A stretch of 64,000 nucleotides of DNA, from NCBI RefSeq assembly GCF_009914755.1, contig NC_060948.1; one strand, 5' to 3'. Position numbers and translations under genes: made by a program. The DNA is from the human T2T-CHM13v2.0 reference genome, Homo sapiens. The first letter of the stretch is position 1; every line of letters starts with the position of its first letter. Shown here one piece after another: positions 56,000 through 64,000 of the stretch. The notes under the pieces were generated by a model. It was not told where the DNA came from. It saw only the letters and a program-made list of their open reading frames with translations, and ran no database searches.

Positions 56000-58313
56000 C
56001 TGAAAAGAAAGGTTGCAGAAAAAAATGAATATGGTAAACCACTTTTTAAAATTACAAAGAAATATAATTCCCAATATAACAAAAATATTACAAAAGGTAA
56101 AATATCCTTTTTCTACGTACAACAATGCAGAATTCCAAATGAATGACTGACTTTATGAAGAAAGAAAGATTCTAGGTCAAGTGCTACACTATGGGTGTGA
56201 AGGGGGAACAAATGACAAAAGAATTGACTACTTCACCAAAGTTTACCTTATACTGTGTACTTATTCACACCCAGACGTTATTTCTTACACTGGTGGTAAG
56301 GCTCCATTAAGAGAGATTGCAAGGTAAGTTAAATTAATACATTTGCAATTTCTCTGTAAGAATATTTCTAGACTGTTTTGTATCAGACAATATTATAGGG
56401 TAATATGTAGTTCGACAGATGTTATGGCTTTGTCTGTACTTCATTACGAAAAACTAAGTGCAGTCTATGATCCAATACTGGAGAAGAGAAAGTATAATGT
56501 CTTACATGTTTCAATAAATTCTTATTGTTTGAAAACATACAGGTAGCAGCATACATGAATACACCCAGAATCAGTGATGCCTCACAGTAAATGACAGAAA
56601 AAAGTAGGACTTTTTTTCTAGCCATTGTTCAGAGAAGGAAAAAGAAGAGGTATACCATACAAGTTTCAAGTACATGGAAAATATCAACAAATTAGAGACA
56701 CTGCATAACTATTTCACTATTATTTTGTTACTTCATTTTCCGTCAAAGAAAATGTCTTTAAAGCTAACACGTCAATAAAATGAACTAAGAAGAATATAAA
56801 CGTTATTTATCAACAGTAGGTGACAGAGTATGTCAAACCCTACTTTAAATATCAATGTAACCAGGATCAGAGAAATTAGATGCCAGAAGCTCACGGGGTT
56901 TACATATATATACTAAACCACATCAGAAATCTACCCATTCCAGAACCAGGAAATATCCAGAAGTCAGCAATTTATATGAGGAGGCATCTGGAAATCATTT
57001 CAAATAAAGGATAGCTAGATGAACTGCTAAACTTACCGAAGAATAAAGTAGGCAGACACATAAGGAGAGCTGCTTTCATTCACTTTAGGAACTGCTTATA
57101 AGGGGGAAAGCAGCTCCGGTGATTTGGAGGTAATACTCTCCTTTACTCCTCTTCTTATTTAGGCGTCATTAACAGCAAAGCATTTCTGTTTCTCTTCTAT
57201 AAATTTTCTACTGCTGGTAAAGCCAGAGGCATATTCTATGCAGACACATGCTAATTCTAAAGTCACGTGAATACTCCCTTTCTTTGATTATATAGTCTAT
57301 CATTATGTAGACCTGCCATTGCTTAAGCACATAAAAACCTGAGGACAAAAAAGGCACTGTTGCTGCCATGGGAGTTTATAATCGGGTTAACAAGAAGGAA
57401 ACAACAACAAAAAAAAATTAACATAAAAAGTCACTTAAAAATATTTGTAGGCATATATGACATGGAAAAAAATCAAGAATGAACAGGAAGTCTATGTTTG
57501 GCTAATTCCCTTAACGTCAAGGACAACATAATCCCTTTGCTACCCAACAGGCCCCTAAGGTGGAATCTTAAAAAATCAATCAATAAATAAAAGGAAACCA
57601 AAACTATTGAAGTATTGCTACACATTTTCAAAAACACATGAGAAACACAATATTAAAGTACTTATCCTGCTGTCTCCTTTTTTATTGTAATAAAAGTAAC
57701 AGAAAGGAAAACTCAAATACTTTATGTTTCTAGTCCATGACATTCTTGTTACTTTTACATTGGAAACTTCAGCTCTCTCCACATTTTCGGGATTTCGCAA
57801 TGTGGAAACCTCAAAGATACTAGCTCTTTCAGTTTATTACCATAGATATAATTATGGGTCACAGATACACTTGTATCTATGAAAAGAGATCCAGAGCATT
57901 ACTATCTTCAAACAGCCAGCTAAAATGAAAATGTAATTGGGATTCTGTGCTCTGAAAAGTGCAGCATAATTTTATTTCAGTCTATCTCCCTAAGAAAATT
58001 CATGAAAGACACTTTGGACGTTTCATTTAGCTATTTGACAGTAAAGATGAAAACTACATCCAGAAATGAAGAAGAGAACACCAAATCTCAGAAATCTGTT
58101 CTACAGAAAAGTTATTGCCAAGTATATTCCTGTCAAAATACTACCTCATTATTCTAAATAACACAGAGGTCTTCATTCTACACTAAGTGTTTCCTTAAAT
58201 TTTAGGTACAATTCACTAGTTTAAAATGAGCAACTATTCAGGAAATTTGTATGAACAAGTTAAAGGCCTCAATAATACCTAAAAGCAAATCATTTTACTC
58301 CCTCTGACATTAC

Positions 58314-58385
58314 CTGATAATTGTATACAGGGAACTGATATCCAGTGGCGACTTGAAATGGTGAATTTGGATAAGCAGGAAATGC
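58314..58385 (-). CDS. DAZ1: DAZ-repeat exon: AFPAYPNSPFQVATGYQFPVYNYQ
   Basis: 72 nt AG/GT exon, open frame. Confidence 0.95.
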
Positions 58386-60709
58386 CTGAAAAGAAAGGTT
58401 CCAGAAAAAAATGAATACGGTAAACCATTTTTTTAAAATTAGAAAGAAATATAATTCTGAATATAACAAAAATAGGTAAAATATTGTTTTTCTACATACA
58501 ATAATGCAGAATTCTAAATGAATGACTGACTTTATGAAGAAAGAAAGATTCTATGACAAGTGCTACACTTTGGGAGTGAAGGGGGAACTAATGACAAAAG
58601 AATTGACTATTTCACCAAAGTTTACCTTATACTGTGTACTTATTCACACCCAGAAGTTATTTCTTACACTGGTGGTAAGGCTCCATTAAGAGAGATTGCA
58701 AGGTAAGTTAAATTAATACATTTGCTATTTCCCTGTCAGAATATTTCTAGACTGTTTTGTATCAGACAATATTATAGGACAATATATAGTTTGACAGATG
58801 TTATGGCTTTGTCTGTACTTCATTACGAAAAACTAAGTGCAGTCTATAATCCAATACTGGACAAGAGAAAGTATAATGTCTTATATGTTTCAAAAAATTT
58901 TTATTATCTGAAAACATACAGGTAGCAGCATACATGAATACACCCAGATTCAGTAATCGCTCACAGTAAATGACAGAAACAAGTAAGGCTTTTTTTCTAG
59001 CCATTGTTCAGAGAAGGAAAAAGAAGAGGTATACCATACATGTTTCAAGTACATGGAAAATATCACGAAATTAGAGACAACCGCAGAACTATTTCACTAT
59101 TATTTTGTTACTTCATTTTCCATCAAAGAAAATGTCTTTTAAGCTAACACATAAATAAAACGAACTAAGAAGAATATAAAGGTTAGTTATCAACATTAAG
59201 TGATGGAGTATGTCAAACCCTACTTTAAATATCAGTGTAACCAGAATCAGAGAAATTAGACGCCAGAAGCTCACGGGGTTTATATATATACTAAACCACA
59301 TCAGAAATCTACCCATTCCAGAAGAAGAATATTTCCAGAAGTCAGCAATTTATATGAGGAGGCATCCGGAAATCATTTCAAATAAAGAATAGCTAGATGA
59401 ACTGCTAAACTTACCAAAGAATAAAGTAGGCAGACACATAAGGGGAGCTGCTTTCATTCACTTTAGGAACTGGTTATAAGGGGGAAAGCAGCTCCGGTGA
59501 TTTGGCGGTAATACTCTCGTTTACTCCTATTCTCATTTAAGCGTCATTAACAGCAAAGCATTTCTGTTTCTCTTCTATAAATATTCTATTGCTGGTAAAG
59601 CCAGAGGCAGATTCTATGCAGATACATGCTAATTGTAAAGTCACATGAACACTACCTTTCTTTGATTATATAGTCTGTCATTATATGGACCTGCCATTGC
59701 TTAACCACATAAAAACCTGAGGGCAAAAAAGGCACTCTTGCTCCCATGGGAGTTTATAATCGGGTTAACAAGAAAGTAACAACAACAAAAAAATTAATAT
59801 AAAGAATCACTTAAAAATATTTATAGGCATATATGACATGGAAAAAAATCAAGAATGAACAGAAAATCTATGTTTGGCTAATTCACTTAACGTCAAGGAC
59901 AACATAATCCTTTGCTCCCCAACAGGACCTTATGGTGGCATCTTAAAAAAAAAAAAGAAAGAAAAAGAAAGAAAAAAAAAGGACACCGAAAGTATTATAT
60001 GTATTCCTACACATTTTCAAAAACACATGAGAAATACAACATTGAAGTACTTATCCAGCTGTCTCCTTTTTCATTATAATAAAAGTAACAGAAAGGAAAA
60101 CTTAAGTACTTTATGTTTCTAGTCCATGACATTCTTGTTACTTTTATATTGGAAACTTCACCTTTCTCCAAATTTTCGGGAGTTGGCAAGGTGGAAACCT
60201 CAAAGATACTACCTCTTTCAGTTTCTTACCATAGATGTAATTATGGGTCATAGATATACTTGTATCTATGAAAAGAGATCCAGAGCATTACTATCTTCAA
60301 ACAGCCAGCTAAAATGAAAATGTAATTGGGATTCTGTGCTCTGAAAAGTGCAGCATAAATTTATTTCACTCTATCTCCCTAAGAAAATTCATGAAAGTCA
60401 GTTTGGATGTTTCATTCAGCTATTTCACAGTAAAGATGAAAACTGCATCCAGAAATAAAGAAGAGAACACCACATCTCAGAAATCTCTTCTACAGAAAAG
60501 TTATTGCCAAGTATATTCCTCTCAAAATACTACTTCATTACTTCTAAATAAGACAGAGGTCTTCATTCTACACTACTTCTACGTGTTTCCTTAAATTTTA
60601 GGTACACTTCACTAATTTAAAATGACCAACTATTCAGGAAATTTGTATAAACAAGTTGAATGCCTCAGTAATACCTGAAAGTAAATCATTTTACTCCTTC
60701 TTACATTAC

Positions 60710-60781
60710 CTGATAATTATATACAGGCAACTGATATCCAGCAGTGACCTGAAATGGTGATCTTGGATAAGCAGGAAATGG
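60710..60781 (-). CDS. DAZ1: DAZ-repeat exon: PFPAYPRSPFQVTAGYQLPVYNYQ
   Basis: 72 nt AG/GT exon; peptide visible at the end of ORF 60701..60907. Confidence 0.95.
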
Positions 60782-62341
60782 CTGAAAAGAAAGGTTGCAG
60801 AAAAAAATGAATATGGTAAACCACTTTTTAAAATTACAAAGAAATATAATTCCCAATATAACAAAAATATTACAAAAGGTAAAATATCCTTTTTCTACGT
60901 ACAACAATGCAGAATTCCAAATGAATGACTGACTTTATGAAGAAAGAAAGATTCTAGGTCAAGTGCTACACTATGGGTGTGAAGGGGGAACAAATGACAA
61001 AAGAATTGACTACTTCACCAAAGTTTACCTTATACTGTGTACTTATTCACACCCAGACGTTATTTCTTACACTGGTGGTAAGGCTCCATTAAGAGAGATT
61101 GCAAGGTAAGTTAAATTAATACATTTGCAATTTCTCTGTAAGAATATTTCTAGACTGTTTTGTATCAGACAATATTATAGGGTAATATGTAGTTCGACAG
61201 ATGTTATGGCTTTGTCTGTACTTCATTACGAAAAACTAAGTGCAGTCTATGATCCAATACTGGAGAAGAGAAAGTATAATGTCTTACATGTTTCAATAAA
61301 TTCTTATTGTTTGAAAACATACAGGTAGCAGCATACATGAATACACCCAGAATCAGTGATGCCTCACAGTAAATGACAGAAAAAAGTAGGACTTTTTTTC
61401 TAGCCATTGTTCAGAGAAGGAAAAAGAAGAGGTATACCATACAAGTTTCAAGTACATGGAAAATATCAACAAATTAGAGACACTGCATAACTATTTCACT
61501 ATTATTTTGTTACTTCATTTTCCGTCAAAGAAAATGTCTTTAAAGCTAACACGTCAATAAAATGAACTAAGAAGAATATAAACGTTATTTATCAACAGTA
61601 GGTGACAGAGTATGTCAAACCCTACTTTAAATATCAATGTAACCAGGATCAGAGAAATTAGATGCCAGAAGCTCACGGGGTTTACATATATATACTAAAC
61701 CACATCAGAAATCTACCCATTCCAGAACCAGGAAATATCCAGAAGTCAGCAATTTATATGAGGAGGCATCTGGAAATCATTTCAAATAAAGGATAGCTAG
61801 ATGAACTGCTAAACTTACCGAAGAATAAAGTAGGCAGACACATAAGGAGAGCTGCTTTCATTCACTTTAGGAACTGCTTATAAGGGGGAAAGCAGCTCCG
61901 GTGATTTGGAGGTAATACTCTCGTTCACTCCTGTTCTTATTTAAGCGTCATTAACAGCAAAGCAATTCTGTTTCTCTTCTATAAATTTTCTATTGCTGGT
62001 AAAGCCAGAGGCAGATTATTGGCAGATACGTGATAATTCTAAAGTCAAGTGAATACTACTTTTCTGTGATTATATAGTCTATCATTATGTGGACCTGCCA
62101 TTGCTTAGGCACATAAAAACCTGAGGGCAAAAAAGGCACTCTTGCTCCCATGGGAGTTCATAATCGGGTTAACAAGAAAGTAACAACGACAAAAAAATTA
62201 ATATAAAGAATCACTTAAAAATATTTATAGGCATATAGGACATGGAAAAAAATCAAGAATGAACAGGAAGTCTATGTTTGGCTAATTCACTTAACGTCAA
62301 GAACGGAATCCCTTTGCTCCCCAACAGGCCCCTATGGTGGC

Positions 62342-62376
<35 letters not shown>

Positions 62377-63101
62377 CACCAAAACTATTAAAGTATTCCT
62401 ACACATTTTCAAAAACTCATGAGAAACACAATATTGAAGTCCTTATCCTGCTGTCTCCTTTTTTATTATAATAAAAGTAACAGAAAGGAAAACTTAAGTA
62501 CATCATGTTTCTAGTCCATGACATTCTTCTTACTTTTATATTTGAAACTTCATCTTTCTCCAAATTTTCAGGAGTTGGCAATGTGGAAACCTCCAAGATA
62601 CTACCTCTTTCAGTTTATTACCATAGATATAATTATGGGTCATAGATATACTTGTATCTATGAAAAGAGATCCAGAGAATTACTATCTTCAAACAGCCAG
62701 CTAAAATGAAAATGTAATTGGGATTCTGTGCTCTGAAAAGTGCAGCAGAAATTTATTTCACTCTATCTCCCTAAGAAAATTCATGAAAGTCAGTTTGGAT
62801 GTTTCATTCAGCTATTTCACAGTAAAGATGAAAACTACATCCAGAAGTAAAGGAGAGAACACCACATCTCAGAAATCTCTTCTACAGAAATGTTATTGCC
62901 AGGTATATTCCTCTCAAAATACTACTTCATTACTTCTAAATAAGACAGATGTCTTCATTCTACACTAATTCTAAGTGTTTCCTTAAATTTTAGGTACACT
63001 TCACTAGTTTAAAATGACCAACTGTTCAGGAAATTTGTCTAAAAAAGTTAAAGGCCCCAATAATACCTGAAAGCAAATCATTTTACTCCCTCTTACATTA
63101 C

Positions 63102-63173
63102 CTGATAATTATATACAGGCAACTGATATCCAGTGGTGACCTGAAATGCTGAATCGGGATAAGTAGGATATTC
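63102..63173 (-). CDS. DAZ1: DAZ-repeat exon: EYPTYPDSAFQVTTGYQLPVYNYQ
   Basis: 72 nt, ttttcag acceptor and gtaatg donor, phase 0-0, translated by hand. Confidence 0.95.
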
Positions 63174-64000
63174 CTGAAAATAAATTATACAGAAAGAATG
63201 AATTAATACGTTAAAACATTATTTTTAATTAGGAAGAATTAGTCCCAATATAACAAAACTATGAAAAATTTCGAAATACTAATTATTTTTCTATCTGCAA
63301 CAATGTAGAATTGTAAGTGACTGACTGATTTATGAAGAACGTATTATTCTCGGTCAAGTGCTATGGTTGGGCGTGGAGGGGGAACAGACAAATGTCAAAA
63401 GAACTGGCTATGACACCAGGCAAAGTTAACCTTACTTATATTGTGTACTTATGCCCACCCAGAAGTTATTTCTTGCACTGGTGATAAGGCTGCATTAAGA
63501 CAGAGTTCAATGTAAGTTAAATTAATACATTTGCTATTTCCCTGTAAAAATGCTTCCAGACTGATGTGTATTTGACAATATTATAAGGTAATACGTAGTT
63601 CTGCAGAATTTACGGCGTTTTCTGTACTTCATGTTGAAAAACTAAGTGCAGTATAGAATCCAATACTGGAAAAGAGACAGTATAATGTCTCATATGTTTC
63701 AATAAATACTTATTGTTTCAACACATATAGGTAAGCAGCATGCATCAATACACCCAGATTCAGTAATGGCTCACAGTAAATGATAGAAGTAGGGCTTTTA
63801 TTCCAGCCATTGTTCACAGAAGGAAAAAGAAGATGAGGTATACCGTACATGTTTCAAGTACAGGGAAAATGTCAACAAATGAGAAACACTGAATATAACT
63901 ACTTCACTACTATTCTGTTACTTTATTTTCCATCAAAGAAAATGTCTTTTAAACTAAGATATAAATAAAATGAACTAAGAAGAAAATAAACGTTATTTAC

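Larger units (their letters stand above)
52350..61920. repeat. Near-identical 4782-bp two-unit higher-order duplication
   Basis: ORF pairs 52836/57618, 54331/59113, 55092/59874, 56343/61125 are all offset by exactly 4782 and are identical or nearly so; boundaries approximate. Confidence 0.93.

Overview
Primate (very likely human) Y-chromosome AZFc sequence containing the 3' half of a DAZ (Deleted in AZoospermia) gene on the minus strand. The order of the repeat variants matches DAZ1 as I recall it. From ~35.4 kb to the window end is the ~2.4-kb DAZ tandem array. It holds eight 72-nt coding exons (24-aa DAZ repeats), a ninth copy downstream of the used exon 8, and ten copies of the DAZL exon-8 homolog, of which eight are disabled by a stop at the same codon. 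A full-length, inactive L1PA2/3 (43019-49063, antisense to DAZ) replaces ~1 kb of one unit, including its coding exon. A recent 4782-bp two-unit duplication spans ~52.35-61.9 kb. The terminal exons are the 35-nt exon 8 (38205-38239), a vestigial exon 9 with a GC donor (34971-35084), exon 10 with the stop codon (33533-33631) and the 3'UTR exon (~27720-29569). Exon numbers follow DAZL homology. The first 27 kb is gene-free sequence dense in repeats (L1M/L1P, Alu, MLT2A LTR, Tigger, MER, MIR, L2). The locus is known. The most notable thing I could derive is that the ancestral DAZL C-terminal reading frame is still open across exons 9-11, and the 'vestigial' exons (35+72+43 nt) read through without a stop and restore that frame. 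DAZ/DAZL reference peptides and repeat subfamily names come from memory, not a search.
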